From the NCBI GenBank assembly GCA_041738615.1, contig JBGSPL010000001.1, forward strand, positions 226,164 through 290,163: a DNA stretch of 64,000 nucleotides. Reading direction: 5' to 3'. Position numbers and translations under genes: made by a program. Below the pieces are notes generated by a model, which was not told the origin of the DNA, did not search any database, and worked only from the letters and a program-made list of their open reading frames with translations. Origin of the DNA: Patescibacteria group bacterium (lineage in GTDB: Bacteria > Patescibacteriota > CPR2 > UBA1875 > CAIMLA01). Each line of letters opens with the position of its first letter. Position 1 is the first letter of the stretch. Shown in pieces: positions 27,091-36,358 of this stretch.

Positions 27091-28050
27091 TTAGATTACC
27101 GTGACTTGCCCTGCGTTTTCGGAGATAGAGCCCGCAAAAGTTAAACCCGATGCCTTCACGTGCCCACCGCCTCCTAGCTGTCTCGCTAACCTTGCGACAT
27201 CCATTGCCTCATCTCGCGTTCTGAAACTCACTTTCATAAGTCCTGGTTCTTCTTCGGTAACCAAAACGACCAGCTTGGCTCCTTTTACTTGATTGAGGTA
27301 ATTTACGATACCCGACATGGCATCGCCAGAGATCCCACAGCTTGCGATGTCGTCGTATGTTAGATAAGTACTCGCTGCATGATATTTCTTATTTAGATTG
27401 AGCCTCTTCATCGCGAGACCCCAGAGCTTCAAGACGTCGACTTCCGAGCCTCCAAATAGTTGTGCCATTACCGCCTTTTGCCTGGCTCCGCGCTTTAGCA
27501 GCTCTGCTGCAACCTCTAGAGAATGCTGGGTGGTGCTCTGGTTTTGAAAACTAGAAGTGTCTGCCACGATCCCAGCGAGAAGTAGGGTAGCGATGTTCTT
27601 GTCCACCTCTACACCGAGTTCTCGAATCACTTCATATACCAGCTCGGAGGTGGAAGAAACGGACTCATCTCGCCAAGATACTGTAGCTAGTTGCTCCAAG
27701 TCCCCTGCCGTGTGGTGGTCTATATAGACACTGTTTTGCGCTGCCTCTAGATATTTATGAGCCAGGTCAGGGTCTACTGCCCGAGAGACGTCCGAGGTGT
27801 CCAAGACCACAAAAGTATCAAACCCTTCGTGAGCTGCTTCTGCTATTTCGCCCGTATAGTAGTAGAACAAAAACTCCAGGCTCTCTGGATACTTTTCCGT
27901 GGAAACAATTTCTACCTCTTTGCCCAATGCTTCCAGCGCCATTGCTAAGGCAAAAGAGGCTCCAAAGCAGTCCACATCCCCTCTCTTGTGGCCCATTATG
28001 ACCACCCTATTTGCATTCTGGAGGGTTTTTGATACGGCCTGGGCGTTCAT
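27091..28050 (-). CDS. DHH/DHHA1 phosphoesterase, NrnA-like oligoribonuclease/pAp phosphatase
   Basis: 319 aa with GHKRGDVDCFGASFAL, DHH and GGGGH motifs. Confidence 0.7.
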   Translation of the reverse strand: MNAQAVSKTLQNANRVVIMGHKRGDVDCFGASFALAMALEALGKEVEIVSTEKYPESLEFLFYYYTGEIAEAAHEGFDTFVVLDTSDVSRAVDPDLAHKYLEAAQNSVYIDHHTAGDLEQLATVSWRDESVSSTSELVYEVIRELGVEVDKNIATLLLAGIVADTSSFQNQSTTQHSLEVAAELLKRGARQKAVMAQLFGGSEVDVLKLWGLAMKRLNLNKKYHAASTYLTYDDIASCGISGDAMSGIVNYLNQVKGAKLVVLVTEEEPGLMKVSFRTRDEAMDVARLARQLGGGGHVKASGLTFAGSISENAGQVTVI

Positions 28051-28376
28051 TATAGGCTTTCGTCTATGATCTTAGAGATCTTTTGTGCGTAATCGCCTGA
28101 CTGGTCAAGGAGAAAAGTGATGCGAGGTATGTTCTTCATCGTCAAAGTCGAGTTCAAATGTGTCTGAATCTCTCGCGTATGACGCCTCAGCTCTGCTATC
28201 GCCGAACCTCTGGCATCACCAATATAGCCAATCCAGACCTTCGCATTACGAAGGTCTGGGGTGCTCTCCACGGCTGTTATGGTCACTAACCCCTGCTGCC
28301 CCCGTAGATGCTCCTGAATATACGCACCTACCTCATGCTTTATCTGCTCATTCACTTTGTATAAACGTTCGCCCAT
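28050..28376 (-). CDS. rbfA: ribosome-binding factor A
   Basis: 108 aa KH-like. Immediately downstream of infB. Confidence 0.85.
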   Translation of the reverse strand: MGERLYKVNEQIKHEVGAYIQEHLRGQQGLVTITAVESTPDLRNAKVWIGYIGDARGSAIAELRRHTREIQTHLNSTLTMKNIPRITFLLDQSGDYAQKISKIIDESL

Positions 28377-28383
28377 CTTGGTC

Positions 28384-30168
28384 CTAGATCTTTACATCGA
28401 TAGTTTGTTTTTGCTCTTCTACCGTAAAGGCGACAATAACGTCTTTGGGCAAAATCTCAACCTTACCGTCGATTCCAAGCCCACATTCGGTACCAATCTG
28501 GCAAAAAGGAACCTCGTCCTTGCCCTTGTGCACACTAGCCACCTTGATCTGAGCAATCTCTTCCTCGCCACGCATTACCTTCGCGTGAGCTCCTTTATCG
28601 ATCTTGCCCTCGGTTACTTTACCTCCAGCAATAGTTAGCTTCTTGGTAGTCGAGAATACCTGTAGCACCTCTAGCTTACCCTGGGTCATTTCCAGGCGAA
28701 TCGGTGGCAATAAATCTTCCAGTGCTTTCTTGATATCATCGAGGAGCTCGTAAATCACGCGATAGCTTGATATCTTTACACCCTCCGCCTTCGCAAACTG
28801 CTTTACCGAAGGTGAAGATTGTACGTTGAAGGCTATTACTAGCTTGCTTGCAGTAGATGCCATCATCACGTCACTCTCGGTGACCTCACCGACACCACCC
28901 GACACCACCTTGGCCTTCACACCGGCCGTACTGTATTTATCGAGTGCTGTCTCAATAGCATCTAGAGAGCCCTGAACGTCGGCTTTTACTACAATTGAAA
29001 GCTCCAAGACATCACTGGCTGCTATCGATGAAGTTATGGACTCGAGGTTTATTTTCTTCACATTTGAGTACTTTTTGGCGCCCTGAGCTTTTTTGTAATA
29101 CTCTGCTGCGTCCCTAGCTTCTTTTTCATCACAGAGAACTGTAAACGGCTCTGCAATCTGAGCTACGTCCTTGATACCCGCAATGCGGACTGGCATACCA
29201 GGGATAGCTTCTTTTTGCTTGCGAGCCTTGTAGTCTTCCATCGAGCGGATCTTGCCATAAGTCTCGCCTATCTGCACACAATCACCGGTTCGCAAAGTAC
29301 CGTTAATCACGAGTATCGTGGCCACGGGACCTCTGCCTTTATCAAGATGAGATTCGACTACAACACCGCTGGCTAGAGCCGAGAAATCTGCCTTGAGATC
29401 AAGTATTTCAGTGACTAGGATAATCATTTCCAGCAAGGCATCGATGCCAACCTTCGTTTTTGCTGAAACTTCAACACAAACCGTCTTGCCACCCCACGCC
29501 TCTGGGACATGTCCGATCTCAGCGAGTTGCTGATAGATGCGCTGGACATCAGCACCAGGTTTATCGACCTTATTGATTACCATAATCATTGGGGTATCGG
29601 CTTTCTTCGCGTGGTTAATCGCCTCTAGGGTCTGAGCCTTTAGGCCATCGTCAGCAGCAATTATAATCAGGGCGACATCAGTAATCTTGGCGCCGTGCGC
29701 ACGCATCTCTTCGAATGCTGAGTGACCAGGAGTGTCCAGAAAAGTAATGCGGGTATCGTTCTTTGTTACCTGATAGGCACCCATATGCTGAGTGATACCG
29801 CCGGCTTCGCCGCTGACGACATCAGTCTCTCGTATAGCGTCCAAAAGCGAGGTTTTGCCATGGTCAACATGACCCATTACGGCAACTATAGGAGCTCTTT
29901 TTTCTGTCCTCTTCGCAAGTTCTTCTGGAGAACATGAAGGAGACGTAGGGCTAGCGCCATTAGTTTTGTCTTCCTCCTCGGCGACAGTCTTCCCCATGTA
30001 TTCTGCAATAATGGCCGCTGTCTCGAAGTCGACATTCTCATTGATGGTCGCCATAATACCGTTTTTCATCAGCTCCGCTACAACAGAAGCCGCTGATACC
30101 TCTAGCTTCTTTGCTAGGTCTCCCACGGAGATAATCTTTGGTAGATGTATTACTATTTCTTCACTCAT
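28384..30168 (-). CDS. infB: translation initiation factor IF-2 (short form)
   Basis: 594 aa with a GHVDHGKTSLLD G-domain. The N-terminal extension is short. Confidence 0.95.
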   Translation of the reverse strand: MSEEIVIHLPKIISVGDLAKKLEVSAASVVAELMKNGIMATINENVDFETAAIIAEYMGKTVAEEEDKTNGASPTSPSCSPEELAKRTEKRAPIVAVMGHVDHGKTSLLDAIRETDVVSGEAGGITQHMGAYQVTKNDTRITFLDTPGHSAFEEMRAHGAKITDVALIIIAADDGLKAQTLEAINHAKKADTPMIMVINKVDKPGADVQRIYQQLAEIGHVPEAWGGKTVCVEVSAKTKVGIDALLEMIILVTEILDLKADFSALASGVVVESHLDKGRGPVATILVINGTLRTGDCVQIGETYGKIRSMEDYKARKQKEAIPGMPVRIAGIKDVAQIAEPFTVLCDEKEARDAAEYYKKAQGAKKYSNVKKINLESITSSIAASDVLELSIVVKADVQGSLDAIETALDKYSTAGVKAKVVSGGVGEVTESDVMMASTASKLVIAFNVQSSPSVKQFAKAEGVKISSYRVIYELLDDIKKALEDLLPPIRLEMTQGKLEVLQVFSTTKKLTIAGGKVTEGKIDKGAHAKVMRGEEEIAQIKVASVHKGKDEVPFCQIGTECGLGIDGKVEILPKDVIVAFTVEEQKQTIDVKI

Positions 30169-30195
30169 TTCGCCTTCTTTCTAATATCAAAGCCC

Positions 30196-30238
30196 CTCGC
30201 TTGTGGTTGGTACCGACGACAAGGGGCTTTCTCTGGAT
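30196..30238 (-). terminator. stem-loop between rpsA and infB
   Basis: AAGCCCCTCGCTTGTGG...CGACGACAAGGGGCTT, an imperfect long hairpin in the 105-bp spacer. Possible attenuator. Confidence 0.35.
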
Positions 30239-30273
30239 TCGTAAATCATGGACAAACGTGGGCTACATTTGTC

Positions 30274-31464
30274 CTAAGCCTCTGTTGTCTCAGCAGCGAC
30301 AGCTTCTTCAGTCTCTGCCTTTACTGCTTTTTTGGTGGATTTTTTCTCTGGCTTTACCTCTGACAAAGCAGCAACTGCTGATTTTTTGGCTGCCTTCAGT
30401 GACAAAGCTATCTTGTGAGTCGCCTTGTCTATGTTTAGGATTGTGAACTGATACTTCTTTGCAGCCTCTACAACATCGCTAGGTGTAGCAACGTGGCCAT
30501 CGCCAAGCTCTGAAATGTGGACTAGAGCCTCGATGTTGTCATGGATACGTACAAATGCACCAAATGGTGTAATGCGAGTGACCTCGCCCTCTACCTTGTC
30601 GCCAACCGAGAATCCCTTAGCAGCCTCAGCCCAAGGATCATCAGTAAGACGTTTGATAGACAGTGAGAAACGATCGTTTTCGATACCGATAATCTCGGCA
30701 TCGACTTTGTCGCCAACCTTATAGATTTTTCCTGGATCAGAGATACGCTCCCAAGAGATCTCAGAAATATGGACCAGGCCTTCAACGCCGTCTACATTAA
30801 CGAAAACTCCGAAGTCGACTACACCAGTAACTCGACCAGCAACCTTATCCCCGATAGCAAACTTGTCGAGCACCTTAGTGATCTCGCCCTTGTTAGCTGC
30901 CTTCTCAGAGAAGATGAGCTTGTTTTCACGTTCGTCAGCGTCTAGAACGATTACGTTCATTGGCTTCCCGATAAGCTCAGCGAGTCTTGCCTGGATCTCA
31001 TCCTTATCAGCAACGCGTGGATATTTCTCGGTCGAAAGCTGTGAGACTGGCAGGAATCCGCGGATTCCTTCTAGCTCTACTAGCAAACCACCCTTGTTGG
31101 CATCCATTGGAGAAACTTCTACCATCTCGCGGTCTTTTGCCATTCTGGCAAGTACAGACCAAGATTTCTCTTTGGAGGCACGTTTCATCGAAAGTACGGC
31201 ATAGCCGCCCTCAAACTCTGGCTCGACAACAGATGCCGAAACTAGTGAGCCCGGTTTCATGTCCTCTGTAATCAGACGACGATCGTTTAGCTCTGGACCA
31301 ACGATGAGGCCCGAACCGTATTGACCGAGGTCTACCCAGACACCATTACGGTTCGCAGATACTACAGTACCTTCGACAGTGTCATTCTTTTCTAGTGTTT
31401 TGAAAGCGTCTTCATGCTGAGCAAGAAGCTCTTCCATAGTCATTTTTGTCTCTTTGGACATCAT
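30274..31464 (-). CDS. rpsA: 30S ribosomal protein S1 (4 S1 domains)
   Basis: 396 aa with repeated S1/OB motifs. Lys/Ala-rich C-terminal tail. Confidence 0.8.
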   Translation of the reverse strand: MMSKETKMTMEELLAQHEDAFKTLEKNDTVEGTVVSANRNGVWVDLGQYGSGLIVGPELNDRRLITEDMKPGSLVSASVVEPEFEGGYAVLSMKRASKEKSWSVLARMAKDREMVEVSPMDANKGGLLVELEGIRGFLPVSQLSTEKYPRVADKDEIQARLAELIGKPMNVIVLDADERENKLIFSEKAANKGEITKVLDKFAIGDKVAGRVTGVVDFGVFVNVDGVEGLVHISEISWERISDPGKIYKVGDKVDAEIIGIENDRFSLSIKRLTDDPWAEAAKGFSVGDKVEGEVTRITPFGAFVRIHDNIEALVHISELGDGHVATPSDVVEAAKKYQFTILNIDKATHKIALSLKAAKKSAVAALSEVKPEKKSTKKAVKAETEEAVAAETTEA

Positions 31465-31574
31465 ATACTCCTAAGTGCGCAAAAATTTATCCACCCAAGA
31501 CCTTGTGTCCCAGACGGATAGGCGCGGCAGGCTTTCTACTCCTACCTTAGATGTAGTGTTATTATACTAAATTT

Positions 31575-32138
31575 TTAGCTTGCCGTAAAGGGTTTGTAGG
31601 CACCTTTTTGGGTATATTTTACAGATTTACGATATATCATAAAGCCTACTGCCACACATGCCAGTCCAAATGCGCCAAATACGTTTTCCTTCGGACCACT
31701 TGTAGATAGAGCGCCGTTTGCCTCTGTAGTGCCACTTGCAACGCTCTGTGGTGCTGTTACGGGAGCTGTAACCGCAACGACTACAGGCTCTATAAGAGAT
31801 CTTGTGATGGTAATCTTCTTGCTTTGGGTAGAGTACCATTTGGCGGTGGTAAGATCAACAGCCTGAACTCCTTGCTTCAATTTTACAGTGTATTTGAAGC
31901 TACCATCCTTCTCTGGCGTAACACGCTTACCCTCAATGCGCAATGTCGCCTTTGGATCAACCTTTCCGCTGATTTGGTAAGTATCTTTTGTCGTCGTGAT
32001 TTCGGTGGCACCATCGACCTCGAGCTTGGGAGGATTCTTTAGGTTCCCATTCATCAGCATTACACCAAAAATAGCGAGGGCGAAAAGCACCATCAGAATC
32101 AGCGGAGTCGCAATTTGTTGTAGAATAGTTTTCTTCAT
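31575..32138 (-). CDS. hypothetical exported protein with N- and C-terminal membrane anchors
   Basis: 187 aa. N-terminal TM. C-terminal FGAFGLACVAVGFMIYRKSVK hydrophobic segment plus basic tail. Promoter TTGAAA-17-TACAAT lies immediately upstream, giving a very short leader. Confidence 0.5.
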   Translation of the reverse strand: MKKTILQQIATPLILMVLFALAIFGVMLMNGNLKNPPKLEVDGATEITTTKDTYQISGKVDPKATLRIEGKRVTPEKDGSFKYTVKLKQGVQAVDLTTAKWYSTQSKKITITRSLIEPVVVAVTAPVTAPQSVASGTTEANGALSTSGPKENVFGAFGLACVAVGFMIYRKSVKYTQKGAYKPFTAS

Positions 32139-32828
32139 TCTTTCCGCATTGTACCACCAAAGGTCAATTCTTTCAATTCTAGCTCGTACTCAAAAAGCGT
32201 ATCCCCGACAAGCAAAGAGATTGACCAGAGCTCCCCTTCCGCGACCTGCAAAATACAGCGAACGACGAACTGAAGGATTATCTCAAAAAGTAATGTTTGA
32301 ACTTAGTGAGTTTTACTTTTTGAGAAAGAGTGAGGGAGGAGCGACACTAGCGATTTTGCAAGGAGTCGGCAGTTTTGCACCGCTTTTGCTGCCAAAAGCG
32401 GTAAAAGTAATGCTACCCATCGATATCAATCGAAATGACAGGAATAAAAAAAGACGCTAGCTCTGGTCAGGGGTACGTAACCCGTTGACGAGAAATCTGG
32501 CGTCCTTTATCCTGGCCACAAACTAGTTATGTCCAATAATCAAAAAGAGGGTCAACCATTCTTGGCTCAAGTATCGGGGAAGAAGCATGGGATCAATGTA
32601 ATTGATGTATCCCGCTTTTTGAGACGCGGTACGCGTCCTTCCTATGACCTTTTGGCGCAAGCTCAGTAAAGCCCTCCAACAATGTATAAGTTTTTAAGGT
32701 GTAAGCTACTTTCGTAACTTACAGACATATTGTACTATGTGGGTTTGCTTTTGTCAAGTACTTTCTTCGCCACCTGTGGATAACTTATGAATACAGCCCA
32801 TTTCTGTGACTTTTGTACTTGTTTCTGC

Positions 32829-32834
32829 TATAAT
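32829..32834 (+). promoter_or_regulatory. -10 box (TATAAT) 9 nt upstream of the U32 peptidase ATG (leaderless start)
   Basis: GCTATAATCTAGCAGTTATG. No SD between the -10 and the ATG. Confidence 0.45.
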
Positions 32835-32843
32835 CTAGCAGTT

Positions 32844-34052
32844 ATGAAACCAGAACTGATACTCCCAGGAGGAGACCTAGAAAGAGTCAAGATTGCATTC
32901 ACCTATGGTGCCGATGCCGTGTATGTCGGCATCAATAAGCATTCTTTGCGTAAGGCGGAGGTTCGCTTCGACGTTGCAGAGGTGGGAGAAGCAATCAAGT
33001 ATGCCCACAGTATCGGCAAGAGGCTTTTCGTTACCTTCAATATCTTCGCACACAACCATCAGTTAGATGCGATTGCAAAAGACATGGAGGCAATCGCTGA
33101 CTTCAAACCCGATGCCTTCATCATGGCAGATCTTGGAGTAATCAATCTCGCGAAACAGGTAGCTCCCAATGTGCCGATTCATGTATCTACTCAGGCAAAT
33201 ACCGTCAATATCGAGGACGTAAAGTTTTGGCGAGACTTTGGTGCCAAGCGAGTAGTACTCGCACGTGAGCTAAGTCTTACCGAAATCAAAGAAATTCATG
33301 ACGCCGTACCAGATATCGAGCTCGAGGCCTTTGTTCATGGCTCTATGTGCATCAGCTACTCTGGACGTTGTCTCATGAGTAACTACATGACAGGTAGGGA
33401 TGCCAATAACGGCGAATGTGCTCAGCCATGCCGCTGGAACTACAACGTTTATCTAGAAGAAAAGAACAGGCCGGGAGAATACTTCCCTGCAGAAGAAACG
33501 GAAACCGGCACCAATATCATGAGCTCCAGAGACCTCTCTGCTATCGAGCTTTTGCCCGAAATTCTTGAGGCTGGTGTCTTGGGACTGAAGGTTGAGGGAC
33601 GTAATAAGAGCGAATATTACTTAGCTACCGTCGGCTACGCTTACCGACGCGCGCTAGACGCGATTGAACACAAGGATTATACAAACAAACTTAAACTTGA
33701 GTCTATAGAGGAGCTGCAAAAGGTCAATAACCGAGATTATACTACGGGTTTCTATCTCGGAGACGCCAAAGAGGGCGAGACCTATGAAGGCCGCGCCCCT
33801 ATCCGCAATTGGGATTACGTAGGACAGTTTATAGACAACAAAGGTACGGTAATTGTGAAAAACAAAATCTCTGCTGGGGATGAAGTCGAGATATTAACCC
33901 CAGAGAACAACCACCTCGAAAAGGTGGTCAGTATCACGGACCTTACCAGCAAAGAGCTTACTGAGGTTAACCCCGGCAAATCAGATCAGCAGGCGATCAT
34001 AGGGCTTTCCAAGGGATATCCGGCCAATACCTTTATCAGAAAACAAATATAA
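32844..34052 (+). CDS. peptidase U32 family protein (RlhA/TrhP-like RNA hydroxylation enzyme family)
   Basis: MKPELILPGGDLERVKIAFTYGADAVYVG and the ...CQPCRW Cys cluster typical of U32 collagenase-like proteins. Start at ATG 32844. Confidence 0.8.
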   Translation: MKPELILPGGDLERVKIAFTYGADAVYVGINKHSLRKAEVRFDVAEVGEAIKYAHSIGKRLFVTFNIFAHNHQLDAIAKDMEAIADFKPDAFIMADLGVINLAKQVAPNVPIHVSTQANTVNIEDVKFWRDFGAKRVVLARELSLTEIKEIHDAVPDIELEAFVHGSMCISYSGRCLMSNYMTGRDANNGECAQPCRWNYNVYLEEKNRPGEYFPAEETETGTNIMSSRDLSAIELLPEILEAGVLGLKVEGRNKSEYYLATVGYAYRRALDAIEHKDYTNKLKLESIEELQKVNNRDYTTGFYLGDAKEGETYEGRAPIRNWDYVGQFIDNKGTVIVKNKISAGDEVEILTPENNHLEKVVSITDLTSKELTEVNPGKSDQQAIIGLSKGYPANTFIRKQI

Positions 34053-34101
34053 TTATGCAAAGAGGTTCATACCCAAACGGATATGAACCTCTTTTGTTTC
34101 G

Positions 34102-35340
34102 CTAGTCTCCCCTCTTCCAGGCGCTTTGAACGACAACTGAAAGGGTGAGAACTGTCGCAGAAGCGAACCAAGCGACGGCGATGCCGTAGTTTTGGGAGAG
34201 TAGTCCGCCTACTACAAGGCTGATGACCACGCCGACTTCGGCAGCCATGGAAAGAATCGAGAGAATCGTTGCCCGCAGGCTTTCCTCCCCGTCTACCGAG
34301 ACTCCGTTTATCGCAGATTGCCTTCGCATGGTCATACTTTGGCCACTACAGCTATTACCCGCCTCGGCGACAAGCAGAGCTGCAAGAGCCCAGTAGTACT
34401 GCTGGGATAGCGCGAGAATAATCACAGCTACTGCCGTGACGTAGGTTCCCCAGAGGGTAATCTGTTCGTCGCTGTGCTTTCTCGCCATGCTCCTCGAGAG
34501 AAAAGCACCCACAAAGACCGATGCCTCGATGAGTAACCAAGCGAAGCTCAGTCCAGTCCACCCATTCCCACCGGCCAAGTTCTTTATGAACGGGCTCCAG
34601 TACATGAAGAGTGGCATCATGGCCATCCCAGCAAGAAACGAAAGCACCAGTTGCTTCCTAAGCTCCACGGATGAAGCTATCTGGGCAAGGGCCCGCCTCA
34701 TGGCAGGCAACACGAGCTTATGGCTTCCCTTCAGCGCTTTCTCTTGCTTATCGTTTCTAAGGAGCTTATAGGCAAACACCGACGAAATCACCACTCCCAT
34801 AGCCGAGGCAAACCACGGCAACGAAAGGTGGATGGCAGCGATGCCCGGTCCGATAGCTCCTCCGATGGCACCCGAAACCCTCACCACTCCCTCTTTCAGC
34901 AGTTGAGCATTTCGGTTTAGACCCAGAGTTTCGACAGTCGTCTGACCCTCGTCTTCTGCGTGCAATGCCACAGTTTCCCAGAGATGGGCGTCGGTACATC
35001 CCGACGCAAAGGTATAGGCGACAGCGAGGATGAACTCGGCTGCAGCAAAACCTATGAAACTATGTGCCAGCGCGTAGGTCAGAAACCCGACCACTTCTAG
35101 GGCGTTCGCCAACAGATACGACTTCTTGCGGCCGATGATGTCGGCGATAGCACCCGTCGGAGCCTCCAGGATGGGGATAGTCACGTGATAAACCAGGTTT
35201 ATCATCGCAATCTGAAAGAGATTCAGACCTCTGCTGAGCAGAAATACCGAGTAAACCGCAAACATGAACGAGTGCGACAACCGATTCGTTCCCAGCACCA
35301 GCAAGATACGAAAAACTTCTTTCTTCACTTTTTCCGACAT
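34102..35340 (-). CDS. MFS transporter
   Basis: 12 predicted TM. Start at ATG 35340 (MSEKVKKEVFRILL, SD GGAGA). The track ORF extends further upstream. Confidence 0.8.
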   Translation of the reverse strand: MSEKVKKEVFRILLVLGTNRLSHSFMFAVYSVFLLSRGLNLFQIAMINLVYHVTIPILEAPTGAIADIIGRKKSYLLANALEVVGFLTYALAHSFIGFAAAEFILAVAYTFASGCTDAHLWETVALHAEDEGQTTVETLGLNRNAQLLKEGVVRVSGAIGGAIGPGIAAIHLSLPWFASAMGVVISSVFAYKLLRNDKQEKALKGSHKLVLPAMRRALAQIASSVELRKQLVLSFLAGMAMMPLFMYWSPFIKNLAGGNGWTGLSFAWLLIEASVFVGAFLSRSMARKHSDEQITLWGTYVTAVAVIILALSQQYYWALAALLVAEAGNSCSGQSMTMRRQSAINGVSVDGEESLRATILSILSMAAEVGVVISLVVGGLLSQNYGIAVAWFASATVLTLSVVVQSAWKRGD

Positions 35341-35431
35341 TTCTGTCTCCTTTCTTGTGCCCACGCGATGGCAATGGGCGGTTATTAGGTACCAGATCAA
35401 CCAAGCTCCCTGTCCCACGTGAAACAAAAAA

Positions 35432-35452
35432 CCTCGGCTGATCTAGCCGAGG
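35432..35452 (-). terminator. terminator hairpin upstream of the MFS gene (downstream of the sortase locus)
   Basis: CCTCGGCU-GAUCU-AGCCGAGG. On the minus strand it is followed by UUUUUUG. Confidence 0.6.
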
Positions 35453-35689
35453 TAAATAAGTGTACGTTTATACTAAAATATTAGTAGTTCGACTCCTTTC
35501 TTACCCAGGCTAGACCACGATCTGCGATGGCAGACACTGTAGCATAGTTGCCCATAGAGAATAGACCTGTGTTCTGAACACCAGTTTTCTTCGGGGACAA
35601 ATTGTGGGTAAGATTTCTCATCTCACATTTTCCTTTATTATAGTGATTATTTTATCACATTTCGTATATATGTAAATAGCTTTCCATTT

Positions 35690-36316
35690 CTACTCTGTCT
35701 CTTCCGCTGTCACGGCTAGTCGCTTCCAATCAGTTCCTAACGGCCAACAGGTTAGAAGGGTTAGATATTTCCCATCTTGATGACTGTTTACATACGCCGT
35801 ATCGGAGGCCTCTATTTCACGACTTTCGACTACATTATACGTATACTTATTGTTGTTTCGGTAAATGATGATGGGGTCAGCGACATTAAGCCTGTTTATG
35901 GTAGCAAAGATATTTGAATAATACCCAGGTACGATGCTGGAGCTATGCGCAGTCAATACCACGTTACCAACCGTGCCTACCTCTGCAGTGCCAGGATAGT
36001 GGTTAATCGCCCTATCTAGATTCGCATTCATGTCATCGATGGTCGTTGGGTACTCTATCTTGCCCACAACATCCAAAGATGGTATTTCCAGGCGATTTGG
36101 TTCGTTCTTCCACTTACTATTATCAAATTGCTGGATGTTCTTTGATGGATTAAATCCCAGGTTTCTCTCTAGCCCATCGTAGTTTATCGCTACCCACAGA
36201 CCCACCAAAACAAGGGTGACCATAGCGAGACTCAGGATTAGGTTTATCCAGCTGAATCGATACTTTGCCAGTTTGAGCTTTCTAAGAAAGCGTATTTTGT
36301 ACCTGCTTATGTCCAT
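35690..36316 (-). CDS. sortase family transpeptidase
   Basis: 208 aa. N-terminal TM anchor. Catalytic His (LTAHSS) and TLLTC Cys motif (LTLLTCWP). Confidence 0.8.
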   Translation of the reverse strand: MDISRYKIRFLRKLKLAKYRFSWINLILSLAMVTLVLVGLWVAINYDGLERNLGFNPSKNIQQFDNSKWKNEPNRLEIPSLDVVGKIEYPTTIDDMNANLDRAINHYPGTAEVGTVGNVVLTAHSSSIVPGYYSNIFATINRLNVADPIIIYRNNNKYTYNVVESREIEASDTAYVNSHQDGKYLTLLTCWPLGTDWKRLAVTAEETE

Positions 36317-36358
36317 GGAGCTATTATATCAAAATAGGCGCCAGTCGGCGCCTATTTA

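Noticed and set aside
30196-30238. Second T-box-like GGTTGGTACC next to infB
   Set aside because: The motif lies on the wrong strand relative to the flanking genes and sits inside a palindromic hairpin containing a KpnI site. Likely coincidence.
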